Counted from the stretch's first letter, positions 38,738 through 48,882 are shown. The stretch: 64,000 nt of DNA from Polyangiaceae bacterium (GCA_050287085.1 JBNKBE010000004.1:32278-96277); one strand, 5' to 3'. Notes: generated by a model not told the origin, from the sequence alone. A program made the numbers and translations.

Positions 38738-40776
38738 ATCAGACGAAAACGCCGTGCGAAAGGGTGTCCTTTGGACCCTCGCTGACATTTCTTCTTGGGC
38801 TCGCGGTGCTTTATGTCAGTGAGCGCTTGCTGGCGGAGGGGGGCTTAGCTCTGGGCGTTCGCGTCGTCGCGTTGTTGGCGTGTGTGGGTTCGTTCATCGC
38901 GCGGAGCCTCCACGCCCGGAAGAAACACGGGGCGGGCTCGGCGTCGCTGCTATTGGCGGCGCTGCAGGCGGTGGCCCTCGCCGGCGTGGGTGTGTATTTT
39001 CTGGCTGCCTACGGCTCGACGTTGCCGCATGAAGACGCCGTCGCCTGGACCCGGCTGAGCGCTGCTCTGCAAACAATCGCAACCATTTTGGTGGTCACCG
39101 GAAGCGCGGGCCTGTCGTTTGCAGAGTTTGCGCTCACCCCGATGCGGGCTTCGGCTCGGATCGAAGTGGCCCGCGTGCGGGCGGCGGCCCTCAGCGGAAG
39201 CGTACTGGCGCTGGCCGCTGGCTATTGTTCCTTGTTCGTATTTGCGGCGTCGCGGGCCGAGAAACAGGCGGACTACTCCTACTTTCGCACCTCCGAGCCG
39301 GGAACGGCTACGCGAGCGTTGCTATCCGGCATCGGCGAAGGCGTGACGGTGACGGCATTTTTCCCCGCCGTCAGCCAAGTGCGCAGTGAGGTGTCGGGAT
39401 ATCTCAAAGCGCTTTCGCTGGACGGTGCCCCAATCGACGTTCGCTTCGTCGATCGCTATCTTGAGCCCGAGCTTGCTCGCGAGCTCAAGGTCACCCGCGA
39501 TGGGGTGCTTGTTGTCACCCGCGAAGACGCTAGCGAGCAGCTCGTCATCGGGGACGACCTGCAAGAGGCTCGCGCAAAGCTCCGCTCTTTGGACAAGGAG
39601 TTTCACGAGCGTCTCCTGAAACTGCTGCGTAGCGCGCGGACAGCCTATGTCACTGTCGGACACGGTGAGCTCAACGAGCCCCCTCTTCTGGGGGCTCAGC
39701 AGGAGGGACGCACGGCTCGCGGGCTTCGAGAGTTGCTGCAGCAGCAGAACTATCGCGTGAAGGACCTCGGGCTGGAGCAAGGACTGAGTTCTCGAGTGCC
39801 GGACGACGCGGGCGTGGTGCTGATATTGGGCCCCACTTTGCCTTTTGCGGCCTCGGAACTGGACGCCTTGCGTCGCTACGTCGACGAAGGCGGTAAGCTG
39901 ATGCTAGCGCTTGAGCCAGACGGTTGGACTACGCCGCCCGGTTCAAGAGTTGTCGAGCATGCCAGCGGAAGTCCCGTCCGCCAAGCGCAGAGCGCAGGTC
40001 TGGAGGGGAGTGACGAAACCGCAGTGCAGCCGGGGCCCCTGGAAGCGAGCGGCGCGCTCCGCGGCTTGCAGGCTCTTTCGGGCTTGGTCGGTCTCAGTTA
40101 CGGACCCGCGACAATCGTCGATTCGGAGAAGTTTATTCCGCGCCGTCGCAACAACTCCGATCATCGAAACCTCTTCAGTAATCGATTCTCGTCGCATGCC
40201 TCGGTATCGACGCTGAGTCGGAATTCACGGCGTGCGATGGTCGTATTTTCCGGTGCCGGAGAGCTGCGGACGCCGGGGGGCGCTGGCGACGGCAATACAT
40301 TCGATGTGGCTCTGCGTACGTTCTCGACTGCGTTCGCCGATCTGAATGGGAACCTTATTCACGATGCCGAGGAAGCTTCGAGTTCTTATTCCCTCGCGGT
40401 TGCTGTGCAGCGGAGAGGAGCGCCGCGGCCTCAGGGTATTGCCCCCTCGGGCGCAGGAGGTGGCGCCGGAGAGTTGTCGGAGACGCTCGCGGCGGGCCGT
40501 GCGTTTGTGTTGAGCGATGCGGACGTTCTTAGCGATCTGCTCATGGCAAACTTCCCTGCAAATCAGATGTTGTTCATCGACGCGTTGCGTTGGCTTGGAG
40601 GAGAAGAGAGCTTGGCGGGTGAACTCGAGAGTGAGGAGGACGTGCGCATCGAGCATACCCGCTCGGAGGACTTGCTGTGGTTCTATGCGCTGATCTTCGG
40701 CGTCCCCGCGCTGGTGCTGGGCGCAGCCCTGATGTTCAGGCGCCACTTGTTGAACACGCGGGGACCGATCGCATGA
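38728..40776 (+). CDS. GldG-like ABC auxiliary component
   Basis: N-terminal TM helices, YVTVGHGE, YVDEGGKLMLALEP, N..LFIDALRWL, C-terminal TM. Confidence 0.8.
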   Translation: MAVNQTKTPCERVSFGPSLTFLLGLAVLYVSERLLAEGGLALGVRVVALLACVGSFIARSLHARKKHGAGSASLLLAALQAVALAGVGVYFLAAYGSTLPHEDAVAWTRLSAALQTIATILVVTGSAGLSFAEFALTPMRASARIEVARVRAAALSGSVLALAAGYCSLFVFAASRAEKQADYSYFRTSEPGTATRALLSGIGEGVTVTAFFPAVSQVRSEVSGYLKALSLDGAPIDVRFVDRYLEPELARELKVTRDGVLVVTREDASEQLVIGDDLQEARAKLRSLDKEFHERLLKLLRSARTAYVTVGHGELNEPPLLGAQQEGRTARGLRELLQQQNYRVKDLGLEQGLSSRVPDDAGVVLILGPTLPFAASELDALRRYVDEGGKLMLALEPDGWTTPPGSRVVEHASGSPVRQAQSAGLEGSDETAVQPGPLEASGALRGLQALSGLVGLSYGPATIVDSEKFIPRRRNNSDHRNLFSNRFSSHASVSTLSRNSRRAMVVFSGAGELRTPGGAGDGNTFDVALRTFSTAFADLNGNLIHDAEEASSSYSLAVAVQRRGAPRPQGIAPSGAGGGAGELSETLAAGRAFVLSDADVLSDLLMANFPANQMLFIDALRWLGGEESLAGELESEEDVRIEHTRSEDLLWFYALIFGVPALVLGAALMFRRHLLNTRGPIA

Positions 40777-41777
40777 GCTCCTTTCGTCCGCTCGGCATGC
40801 ATTTGGGTGTGCTTGCGCTTTCCGGCCTGTTGGCATTGCGTATGGCCAACGACCAAGCGCACACCCCGGCCAATGCCACCATCGTTTTTGATCAGGCGCC
40901 CGAGACGGTCCTCGGCATTCGCTACGACGGCTCGGAACGAGCGGTGCGCCTCGAGCGCCGGCAAGACGCTGTTGGACGCTATTTCGAAGGTACCTCGACG
41001 CAGGTCGTCGCTCCTTCCCCAGCGGTGGCCGACGCTGGGGCTGCGGCGCCGAAAGAAGGCGCATCTCGGACGCGGCGTTTCGTAGCGGTGGAGGCCGCAA
41101 GCGAGCTGCTCGACAGTATGCATCCGCTGCTGGCGCTGCGCGCTCTCGGAAAGCTGGAGGTTGGGCGCAGCGCGGATTTCGGTTTCCTCGATGGTGGGGG
41201 CGAGAAGCTTTCGTTGTTGACCGGGACGGGTGAGCGAGTGCTCACCATCGGTGGGGGTACACCGGGCGGGGCCGATTTCTACGTTCGCGACGAAGCTGGA
41301 GAGTACTATGTGGTTGCCGGCGGCCTCGTCCGCGAAGTGCGAGACGCCAGTGTGCGGCTGTTGCAGCGCCGCTTTCACCTTTTCGACTCGGACCGAGTGC
41401 ATAGCGTACGAATCACCTTTGGTGAGGCCAGCCGTGAGTTGGAGCGCCTGGCTGGGGTGGGGGAGGCCTGGGCCAGTCGCGGTGCTGGCGAGCAAGACGA
41501 GATGGCCAGCAACTGGATGAGCAAGCTTGGGAGGCTCAGGGTTTCAACCTATCCAGATGAACCCATTTCAGCCGAGGCCCTGTTTCGAGTGGACTACTTC
41601 GACAGTCAGCAAGCGAAGCTCGGGCACTTCGAATTGGCTAGCGTCACGCTGCCCGACTCAGAGGAGAGCTCGTTTCTTGCGCGGAGTGAGACCACCCGCT
41701 GGTACGGAACGATTCTGCGCGCCACGGGGGAGGAGCTTCTCTCTGACGTGAGCGGCGTGGTTCGCCCCTCGCAGTGA
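40773..41777 (+). CDS. DUF4340-like periplasmic protein
   Basis: Signal/TM followed by LTIGGGTPGGADFYVR; usual position after GldG-like genes. Confidence 0.65.
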   Translation: MSSFRPLGMHLGVLALSGLLALRMANDQAHTPANATIVFDQAPETVLGIRYDGSERAVRLERRQDAVGRYFEGTSTQVVAPSPAVADAGAAAPKEGASRTRRFVAVEAASELLDSMHPLLALRALGKLEVGRSADFGFLDGGGEKLSLLTGTGERVLTIGGGTPGGADFYVRDEAGEYYVVAGGLVREVRDASVRLLQRRFHLFDSDRVHSVRITFGEASRELERLAGVGEAWASRGAGEQDEMASNWMSKLGRLRVSTYPDEPISAEALFRVDYFDSQQAKLGHFELASVTLPDSEESSFLARSETTRWYGTILRATGEELLSDVSGVVRPSQ

Positions 41778-41898
41778 GAGCACGACACTGGGCTACTCAG
41801 GAGGGCCCAGGGGCGCCAGCGCGTTGAAAGCTGCATCACCCCCGACGAGACCGTTGGGGCGCAAGAAAGCGGCGGGCATCCGGGCCCGCTGCTGGCGC

Positions 41899-43167
41899 TC
41901 AACAAGGCAGCGCGTTGAAGCGGGCGGCCAGCGCCCTTGCCTCTAGGATGTTGTCTTCAATGGAGCAGTAGGTCCAGGAGCCATAACGCCCCAGGGAGTA
42001 GACGCCGCGCGTTTCCAGCACGGATTTCCACCAGGCAACGGCCTCCGTGCTGTCCTGCGTGATATGCACATACGCCGGATCCAATACGACGTGATGCCAC
42101 GCGACCAACTGCTGGTCGGTGACGATACCCACGTGCCGCAAGTCGCGCAGTACCTGATCTCGATAGTGAGTGATCCCCTCGCCTGTGAGCTGGGTACCGC
42201 CCGGAAAGCCAAGCTCCACGTATAGACTCATGCGTTCGGAGTCGAAGATGTTGTCGTAATAGCCAACCCGATAGAAGACGAGTTCCTTCTGAGGGAAGTA
42301 GGTCCAATGAAGGTTGCGCGGTCCTTTGCGGTCAAAGCCGAGGTTGAAGACCAAGACCTGATTGTAGCCGTAGACGGCGGGATCGTATTCGATGTCACAC
42401 ATCTTCAGCAGGCGAGGGAAGGGGGCTGCGCTCACCAGATGCTCGAAGGCGATGCTTCTCTTCGAAGTGTGCGCTAGCTTATTCACCAAGTCGATTTCCA
42501 ATACGGCCTCGCCAAGGGCAATTGCCGATTCGGGGACGTCTTGCTGCAAGGCGCGGACGTATTCGATGGCCCCCCCCTCCGGATACGTAAATGTAGCGTT
42601 GTAGCTCGTGTTGTTGCTGGCTGCGAAGTGCCCTACGATTTCCAGGGGATCGGCATGGGGGAAGAAGCGCCCCATCGCGTCTACATCGAGTTTTCTCAAG
42701 TCGGTTGCGTAGAGCTTCTCGTTGTAGGGCACTAAGAAGCGGTCGCTAATGCCGCGACCGAACTTCTGGTACAGCATGTCCAGGAAGTTGTCGGGCGGGG
42801 TGTTGCTCTTGGCCGCAAATAGCCCAGTAAGGCAAGCGATGAAGTCTGCCTTTGGGAGTTGGTGGATATTCTTCTGAAATGGGAAATCGATGCTTCCCGA
42901 GGGAAGCCAGATGTTGGAACGCTTCTCAACAGTACGAACTCGGTCGTGACCGATTCGGTCCACCAGTAGCTGTTCGATGTCCTTGTGACGGAAGTGAAAG
43001 AAGTGCCCCGAGTAGTCCCATGTGAAGCCGTCGCGAAAGACGGTGCGACAATAACCACCGACGTCGTCTTGCGCTTCACAGACGAGCAAGTCCCTACTTC
43101 GCAATGCCGAGGCAAAGGCGAGATTGGTGATCCCGCCACCTACTATGAGGAACCTTACCTTTTCCAA
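41899..43167 (-). CDS. FAD-dependent oxidoreductase (UDP-galactopyranose mutase / HemY-like fold)
   Basis: IVGGGITNL, GGYCRT...WDYSGHFFH, F.YPEGG, LGRYGSWTY. Confidence 0.8.
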   Translation of the reverse strand: MEKVRFLIVGGGITNLAFASALRSRDLLVCEAQDDVGGYCRTVFRDGFTWDYSGHFFHFRHKDIEQLLVDRIGHDRVRTVEKRSNIWLPSGSIDFPFQKNIHQLPKADFIACLTGLFAAKSNTPPDNFLDMLYQKFGRGISDRFLVPYNEKLYATDLRKLDVDAMGRFFPHADPLEIVGHFAASNNTSYNATFTYPEGGAIEYVRALQQDVPESAIALGEAVLEIDLVNKLAHTSKRSIAFEHLVSAAPFPRLLKMCDIEYDPAVYGYNQVLVFNLGFDRKGPRNLHWTYFPQKELVFYRVGYYDNIFDSERMSLYVELGFPGGTQLTGEGITHYRDQVLRDLRHVGIVTDQQLVAWHHVVLDPAYVHITQDSTEAVAWWKSVLETRGVYSLGRYGSWTYCSIEDNILEARALAARFNALPC

Positions 43168-43232
43168 GCCATGCCTCTTTCTGTCGTAGGACGCTCACTT
43201 CCTAGGGCGGAGTCTCGAGTTCGTACGGCGGG

Positions 43233-44180
43233 CTATAGGATCCGCAGTAGCTCGATATCGAACACGAGGTCACCCGCTGGACGCCCGCCGCCCGGATCGT
43301 CGCCATAGGCCAGTTTGGACGGGATCCATACTCGGACGCGCTGACCCTCAACCATCTGCATCAACATATCCGTCCAGCCCGCGATCACCTCCGAGACCCC
43401 GAACTGGGCGGGCGCGCCACGGGCAACGGAGCTGTCAAAGCGGTTTCCATCGCGACTCCAGCCGGTATAGTGCACCTCCACCCGGTCGTCCTGAGTCGGT
43501 CGGCGAGAGCCTTGTCCGGCCTCGAGCACTACGAAGCGGACGCCTTGTGGCGTAACATGTGCTTCGGCGGGAGGCGCCAGAAGATCCTCAGGGACGTCGG
43601 GGATCTTCGGCGCTTCCAAGATCTTCAGCAGTTCGAGATCGACGATGAGATCCCCCATGGGTTTGCCGCCAGGATCGCTGGGACCATAACCCAGGCGCGC
43701 GGGGATCCAGAGCCGGCGTTTTTCGCCGGTGACCATCACTTCTAGCCCCTCGCGGAGCCCGGGCACTAGGGTGCGCGGATCGGCGCGTTCTGGCTGGCGG
43801 CGAGTGTGCGTGCTCTCGAAACGATCGCCGGCTGCTGTCCAGCCCGTCATGTGAAAGATCACGGTTTCACCGGGTTGGGGCGTTGCTGTGCCGCTTCCAG
43901 CGCGGAGCACCGTGCTGATCAAGCCGTCCGGCGAAATGACGGCATCCGCTGGGGGTGTCAGGGCGCTTGCAGGGGCGCTGTCGGCGCCATAAAGCGCGGC
44001 GTGCTCCACTTCCGTGGCGTCATAGCCCTCGATATCCCCAAGCGGGATTTGCGCTGGCGCAAGTTCCGGCTCCGGGGGAGGCGGGGCGTAGTTGGGCGGT
44101 CGGCAGTGGCTGGTCGCGATGCCCAAGGCCAGTCCGAGGGGGGTCGAAAGACGCCGGCACGTACAGAGCGGAAACACCAT
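43233..44180 (-). CDS. FKBP-type peptidyl-prolyl isomerase with two FKBP domains
   Basis: HMTGW...RLWIPARLGYG and VHYTGW...FDSS...VIAGW...WIPSKLAYG. Confidence 0.92.
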   Translation of the reverse strand: MVFPLCTCRRLSTPLGLALGIATSHCRPPNYAPPPPEPELAPAQIPLGDIEGYDATEVEHAALYGADSAPASALTPPADAVISPDGLISTVLRAGSGTATPQPGETVIFHMTGWTAAGDRFESTHTRRQPERADPRTLVPGLREGLEVMVTGEKRRLWIPARLGYGPSDPGGKPMGDLIVDLELLKILEAPKIPDVPEDLLAPPAEAHVTPQGVRFVVLEAGQGSRRPTQDDRVEVHYTGWSRDGNRFDSSVARGAPAQFGVSEVIAGWTDMLMQMVEGQRVRVWIPSKLAYGDDPGGGRPAGDLVFDIELLRIL

Positions 44181-44247
44181 TGGGGGCGCACCCTAGTGGC
44201 TGGGGTCTTGAGGCGCAACGACCACCTGTGTGGGGTCACTCGCCAGC

Positions 44248-45306
44248 TCAGTCGCCGCTGACTCGCCCGCGCAGCAGTCGCCCCGGCCGCACGAGGACAG
44301 CCGTGTTGAACCCGCCGCCGCGCCGCTGCGGCTCTTCGAGGAGATGAAAGCGACGGCGCGATGTGGGCTCCAGATCGAGCGCGAGGTGCAGCAGGTAGTC
44401 CCCTTCCGCGAGCGCTCTTGCGTCAATGGCGAAACGACCCTGACGCAGCAGTCGACCCGCCCGGCGTGCGATGAGCGCTGCGCGCCCTCGGCCGCCATGA
44501 CCCGCCATCGTGATGGCCCCAAGCACAAGCTGCCCGCTGCGGACGCCCAGGGCGACGTCCAGCTCACCGAGCCTACCCAGCGGGGCGGTGGCCCACTCTG
44601 GGGCACTGTCGTCGGCGGCGATGGGCAGTGCGCGTGCGAACGCGCGAGCGAGGGCCTGGTGTGTGTCGCTTGCGTTGAACCGAAGCGGGGCGGCCGGCGG
44701 GGTCGGCGCTGCGGGTGCGCGCTCAGCTGGGGAGGTGATGGCTTTCGGACGGGCCCGCTGGGGCGCAGGAGGTGCTGTCCGAGAGCTCAGATGGGCGCCT
44801 TTCAGGCGCGTGGGGCGTGGACGTCGTTCGGAGGCACGGAGCCGTGTAATGAGCGGATCCGGCGGCGTTGGGTTAGGGGACGTGGAGATGTCGTGGGGCT
44901 TTGCCGAGAGAGTCGCTTGGCTTGGAGGCGGCTCTGCGGGCGCCAGCGCTGATGCCGGCGCGGGGGGCGACTTCACGGTTGTCCGTTCCGACGGCGGGGT
45001 GGGGCTCGGGCCGGTCCGGTTGGGACCTCTCACTTCCTTGGGTTGCGCCGCGCTGAGCGGGCCGGGGCTGGTGTCAGGGCGCGGGCTGGTGTCAGGGCGC
45101 GGGCTGGTGTCAGGGCGCGGGCTGGTGTCAGGGCGCGGGACGCTCGCGCTCGCCAATTGAACCCAGTGGACCTGCGGACGCGGCGGCTCTAGCGGCTCTT
45201 TCGGCCGCGAAGCAGCGATCAGGGCGGGACGCGCCACCACAGCCAGCACAACCCAGAGGGCTGCGTGCAGCAGTAGTGAGCCGGAGAAGCACCAACCAAT
45301 ACGCAT
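44248..45306 (-). CDS. TonB/TolA-like protein: N-terminal TM with S-x3-H motif, Pro-rich linker, unknown C-terminal domain
   Basis: GSLLLHAAL in the TM helix; about 200-aa P/A/R/S-rich linker. Confidence 0.5.
   Translation of the reverse strand: MRIGWCFSGSLLLHAALWVVLAVVARPALIAASRPKEPLEPPRPQVHWVQLASASVPRPDTSPRPDTSPRPDTSPRPDTSPGPLSAAQPKEVRGPNRTGPSPTPPSERTTVKSPPAPASALAPAEPPPSQATLSAKPHDISTSPNPTPPDPLITRLRASERRPRPTRLKGAHLSSRTAPPAPQRARPKAITSPAERAPAAPTPPAAPLRFNASDTHQALARAFARALPIAADDSAPEWATAPLGRLGELDVALGVRSGQLVLGAITMAGHGGRGRAALIARRAGRLLRQGRFAIDARALAEGDYLLHLALDLEPTSRRRFHLLEEPQRRGGGFNTAVLVRPGRLLRGRVSGD
45065..45136. repeat. 18-bp perfect tandem repeat x4 (encodes PRPDTS on the minus strand)
   Basis: GGGCTGGTGTCAGGGCGC x4. 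Confidence 0.95.
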
Positions 45307-45408
45307 CAACCACCAGTATGACACGGCGGCGCGCTGCGCATTGGACAACACTCCGAGTATGGGGAGCTTGCTCCCCGCGACGGCTGTTGCCCCTCGCGTG
45401 CCCGGTGG

Positions 45409-45885
45409 CTAGCGGGCTACGCGCCGGAAGAGCGGCCGCGGATCGTCGGCTGCGCCCTGGTAACTGGTCGAGAAGTCGTCGAAGGCGAGCAGCGCGCCGT
45501 TTTCGTCTTTGCCGCTCTTGAGCGCAAACGAATCGAAGCCACAACGTGCCATATAAAACAGCTGATCCCGCAGCACTTCGCCTACGGCTCGGAGTTCCCC
45601 GCGGTAGCCCATGCGTTCGCGTAGGAGCCGTGCGATTGTATACCCGCGACCGTCGGCGAACTTGGGGAATTCAACAGCGATGAGTTCGATGCCGTCGAGC
45701 GAACCCAGGGAGTCAGGCGCGTCGTGGCTGCGGACGAGCAGCCCGGTCTTGCCGGTCCGCGCCGTCGCACACGCCCGGTATGAGTCTACGCAAAGCAGCA
45801 GAGCTCCTTCTTGGGGAACCGCGCCGTCCGAGGTCCATAGCGACCAATCGTCTTCGATGATCTGCTTGTTCTTAATGACTCGCAT
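45409..45885 (-). CDS. DUF934 protein (sulfite reductase-associated)
   Basis: FPKFADGRGY.IARLLRER.GY.GELRAVG.VLRDQL.YM.RCGFDSF. Confidence 0.9.
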   Translation of the reverse strand: MRVIKNKQIIEDDWSLWTSDGAVPQEGALLLCVDSYRACATARTGKTGLLVRSHDAPDSLGSLDGIELIAVEFPKFADGRGYTIARLLRERMGYRGELRAVGEVLRDQLFYMARCGFDSFALKSGKDENGALLAFDDFSTSYQGAADDPRPLFRRVAR

Positions 45886-47551
45886 AAGCGGCCTCCTTGA
45901 AGGGTTGGGGGCCTACTCGCCGGTAGCAAGCGAGAAAGGTTTCGTCCGGTGAAGTTCGGGTGGCCAGGTAACAACGGAGGATGGCGTCGACGGCGGGGAC
46001 GATAGCGTCGGGCGCAAAGGCCGGCCCGAGTACCTTGCCGATGGTTGCCTCGTCGCTTTCGTGTCCGCCGAGGGTGATCTGGTACGCTTCTTCGCCGTGT
46101 TTGTCGATGCCAAGAATACCGATATTGGCGACATGGTGATGACCACAGGCATTGATACAACCACTCATCTTGAGGCTGCACGGTCCGACGTCCTCCAAGT
46201 AGTCGAGGTTGTCGAAATGCTCGAGCAGACGCAATGCAACCGGGATCGACCGCGCGTTGGCTAGTGCACAGTAGTCGAGCCCAGGACAGCAGATCATGTC
46301 GGTGAGCAATCCACCGTTGGGAGCCCCCAGGCCGCACGCATTCAACTCCTCATAGAGTTGCGGTAGCTGCGCGCTTTCTACGTCGGGTAGCACCAGATTC
46401 TGAGCATGGGTGGCCACCACGCGGCCAAAGCTGTACCGATCAGCTATGTCGGCGAGCTTGTCCAACTGGGTGTCGCTGATATCCCCCGGAGGGACCCCAG
46501 GGGTCTTGAGCGAAACGAGCACCGCGCTATAGCCGTCCTGACGGTGTGCCGCGACGTTGTTGCGAAGCCAATGCGCTTGGGCGCGATCGCCGCGCAGGGC
46601 GAGAGCGGCCACATCGAGCTTGGGTAGTGTGCGGTACTCTGGCGGGGCGAAATGCGCGCGAATGCGATCGATTTCAGCGCGTTCGAGGCGCATGGCGCCG
46701 TCTTTTATGCGGACCCATTCAGCTTCGACGGCTTCAGTGAAGCGCTCCTGACCCATTTCGTTGACCAGGATCTTGATGCGCGCCTTGTACTTATTGTCCC
46801 GGCGCCCGTGTTGATTGTACACGCGCAGGATCGCCTCCAGATACGAGAGCAGATCCTCGTATTCCAAGAAGGCGCGGATGCACTTGCCGACCACGGGGGT
46901 TCGTCCGAGGCCACCTCCAGCCCAGATTTCGAAGCCGACGCCATCCCCTTGGCTTTCGCCAGCGTCTGCGGGGCGAGGCACGAGCCGCACGCCGATATCG
47001 TGGTAACGAATGGCTGCTCGGTCGTGGGTGGGGGTGCCCGTGACGGCGATCTTGAACTTGCGCGGGAGGAACGCAAATTCCGGATGAAATGTGGACCACT
47101 GGCGAATCAATTCGCAGTAGGGCCGCGGATCCTCCAATTCGTCCGGTGCGACGCCAGCGAACGGATCGCTCGTGGTATTGCGAATGCAGTTGCCGCTGGT
47201 CTGAATGGCATGCATCTGGACGCTGGCCAGGTCCGCGAGGATATTCGGCACGTCACCGAGCTTGGGCCAGTTGTACTGGACGTTCTGGCGAGTGGTTACG
47301 TGACAATAGCCCCTGTCGTAGGTCCGAGCGATATGCGCCAGCATGCGCACCTGCTTGGCGTTCAGCAGGCCGTAGGGGATAGCAACGCGTAGCATGTACG
47401 CGTGCAGCTGCATGTAGAGCCCGTTCTGAAGTCGCAGCGGCTTGAACTCGAGCTCCGTGGTCTCGCCCGAGAGGCGGCGCTGAACCTGCCCCTCAAACTG
47501 GGTTGCACGTTCGTCGACGAGGCGTTGATCGTAGGAATCGTATTGATACAT
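45872..47551 (-). CDS. cysI: Nitrite/sulfite reductase hemoprotein (siroheme, 4Fe-4S)
   Basis: RLQNGLYMQLHAYMLR, TTRQN, TSGNCIRN, LPRKFK, CCPGLDYC...SGCINACG. Confidence 0.9.
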   Translation of the reverse strand: MYQYDSYDQRLVDERATQFEGQVQRRLSGETTELEFKPLRLQNGLYMQLHAYMLRVAIPYGLLNAKQVRMLAHIARTYDRGYCHVTTRQNVQYNWPKLGDVPNILADLASVQMHAIQTSGNCIRNTTSDPFAGVAPDELEDPRPYCELIRQWSTFHPEFAFLPRKFKIAVTGTPTHDRAAIRYHDIGVRLVPRPADAGESQGDGVGFEIWAGGGLGRTPVVGKCIRAFLEYEDLLSYLEAILRVYNQHGRRDNKYKARIKILVNEMGQERFTEAVEAEWVRIKDGAMRLERAEIDRIRAHFAPPEYRTLPKLDVAALALRGDRAQAHWLRNNVAAHRQDGYSAVLVSLKTPGVPPGDISDTQLDKLADIADRYSFGRVVATHAQNLVLPDVESAQLPQLYEELNACGLGAPNGGLLTDMICCPGLDYCALANARSIPVALRLLEHFDNLDYLEDVGPCSLKMSGCINACGHHHVANIGILGIDKHGEEAYQITLGGHESDEATIGKVLGPAFAPDAIVPAVDAILRCYLATRTSPDETFLACYRRVGPQPFKEAAYASH

Positions 47552-47567
47552 ATCCGCTTGTTCCCAA

Positions 47568-47861
47568 CTAGTCGGCGCGACGAACCGGGGTGGAAGGACC
47601 GTTTCTTCGAATCTGCTCCCTTACGGACAGGGCGGTGGGGAGCCCGTCGTCGAGTACGACCTCAAACGCGTAGGGGTCGCAGACTACGGCCTCGTCCCCC
47701 GCGGCGGCTTCGAGCATCGCGTCTCGGTCGCTGTCAAGTTCGACGGCACGGGCCTCGGCCAGGTCGTTGACCCAGCTCCTATCGCCCCCCAGGTAGACGG
47801 GGCTTCCGCTGTCAACCAGGGCTGCGCTGACCACCCAATGTGTGCCTTTGCGTTTCGCCAT
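47568..47861 (-). CDS. DUF2849 protein
   Basis: VVSAALVDSG.PVYL...W...A, V.DPY, REQIR..GPS; canonical position before the sulfite reductase. Confidence 0.8.
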   Translation of the reverse strand: MAKRKGTHWVVSAALVDSGSPVYLGGDRSWVNDLAEARAVELDSDRDAMLEAAAGDEAVVCDPYAFEVVLDDGLPTALSVREQIRRNGPSTPVRRAD

Positions 47862-47887
47862 GGGCCCAGTTTGGGCGCTGTCGAGCG

Positions 47888-47933
47888 ATAAGAAAAGAAT
47901 ATAATACTTATGACTGGTATAACAATACCGTAT
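47888..47933. promoter_or_regulatory. Two LysR-type T-N11-A boxes (ATA-N9-TAT) in the divergent promoter
   Basis: ATAAGAAAAGAATAT (47888-47902) and ATAACAATACCGTAT (47919-47933) in an AT-rich island. Confidence 0.6.
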
Positions 47934-47970
47934 GTGATGGCTTCTGCCCGGTTGCTTCTACAGGCACGAC

Positions 47971-48882
47971 ATGGCGCTCAATCTCAACAGACTACGCATT
48001 TTCGAAGCCGTGTTGCGAGCCGGATCGCTCACCGAGGCCGCCAGGCGGCTGCGCGTCACGCAGCCGGCCGTATCGCGGCAGCTGCAGGAGCTGGAAGCAG
48101 AGCTGGGGCTGGCGCTATTTGACCGTCGCGCGCGTGGCATTCGGCTGACGAGTGCAGGTGCGCAGCTCGAACCGCTAGTGAGGCGCGTGTTGCAGCACGA
48201 AGCCGCGCTTGAACGCGAGGCGCAGGCGCTGCTGGGGCTGCACCACGGGCACCTAGTGGTTGGGGCCAGTACCACGATCGGAAACTATCTGGTGCCCGAG
48301 CTATTCGAGGACATCCGGGCGCGTTATCCAGAGGTGACACTCGAACTGGAGATTGGCAACACCTCCGAGATCCAGCGCAAGCTCGTGGGGGGCGCGGTGG
48401 AAATCGGACTCACGGAGGGGCTTGCGTCGGCGCCCGAGCTGGAAACTCAGGTCTTCGCGCGCGATCGACTGATCCTGATCGCCGCGCCTTCGACGGGCAT
48501 TGCTGCCGAGAGCCCGCTCTATCCGGAGCGGGTGGCGGCGTTGCCCTTTCTTCTGCGCGAGGCTGGCTCCGGATCGCGTGAGGTGGTGGAAGCGGCCTTC
48601 GCCGAGCGAGGGCTGGCGCTCCATCCCTCCCTGGTGTTGGGAAGTACGGAGGCAATCAAGCAAGCCGCGACCCGCGGTAGCGGCGTGGGCATCGTATCCA
48701 GCTTGACCGTCGAGTTGGAACTCGAACTCGGGCGCCTTTGTGAGGTCAAGATCGAAGGGCTGGAGCTCGAACGCGATCTACACGTGGTGTGGCCGCGCGA
48801 CCGCGTTTCCAGCCCAACGGCCGCCGAGTTCATGCGAGTCCTCGGGGAGCGCTACCACTTGCAGACCAGTCGCCGTAGCTGA
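47971..48882 (+). CDS. LysR-family regulator (CysL-like)
   Basis: SLTEAARRLRVTQPAVSRQLQELE, GASTTIGNY, REAGSGSR, LGSTEAIK. Confidence 0.9.
   Translation: MALNLNRLRIFEAVLRAGSLTEAARRLRVTQPAVSRQLQELEAELGLALFDRRARGIRLTSAGAQLEPLVRRVLQHEAALEREAQALLGLHHGHLVVGASTTIGNYLVPELFEDIRARYPEVTLELEIGNTSEIQRKLVGGAVEIGLTEGLASAPELETQVFARDRLILIAAPSTGIAAESPLYPERVAALPFLLREAGSGSREVVEAAFAERGLALHPSLVLGSTEAIKQAATRGSGVGIVSSLTVELELELGRLCEVKIEGLELERDLHVVWPRDRVSSPTAAEFMRVLGERYHLQTSRRS

Noticed and set aside
37036..41777. Gld-like ABC operon as a novel gliding system
   Set aside because: GldA/F/G-like + DUF4340 operons are widespread and do not by themselves imply motility.
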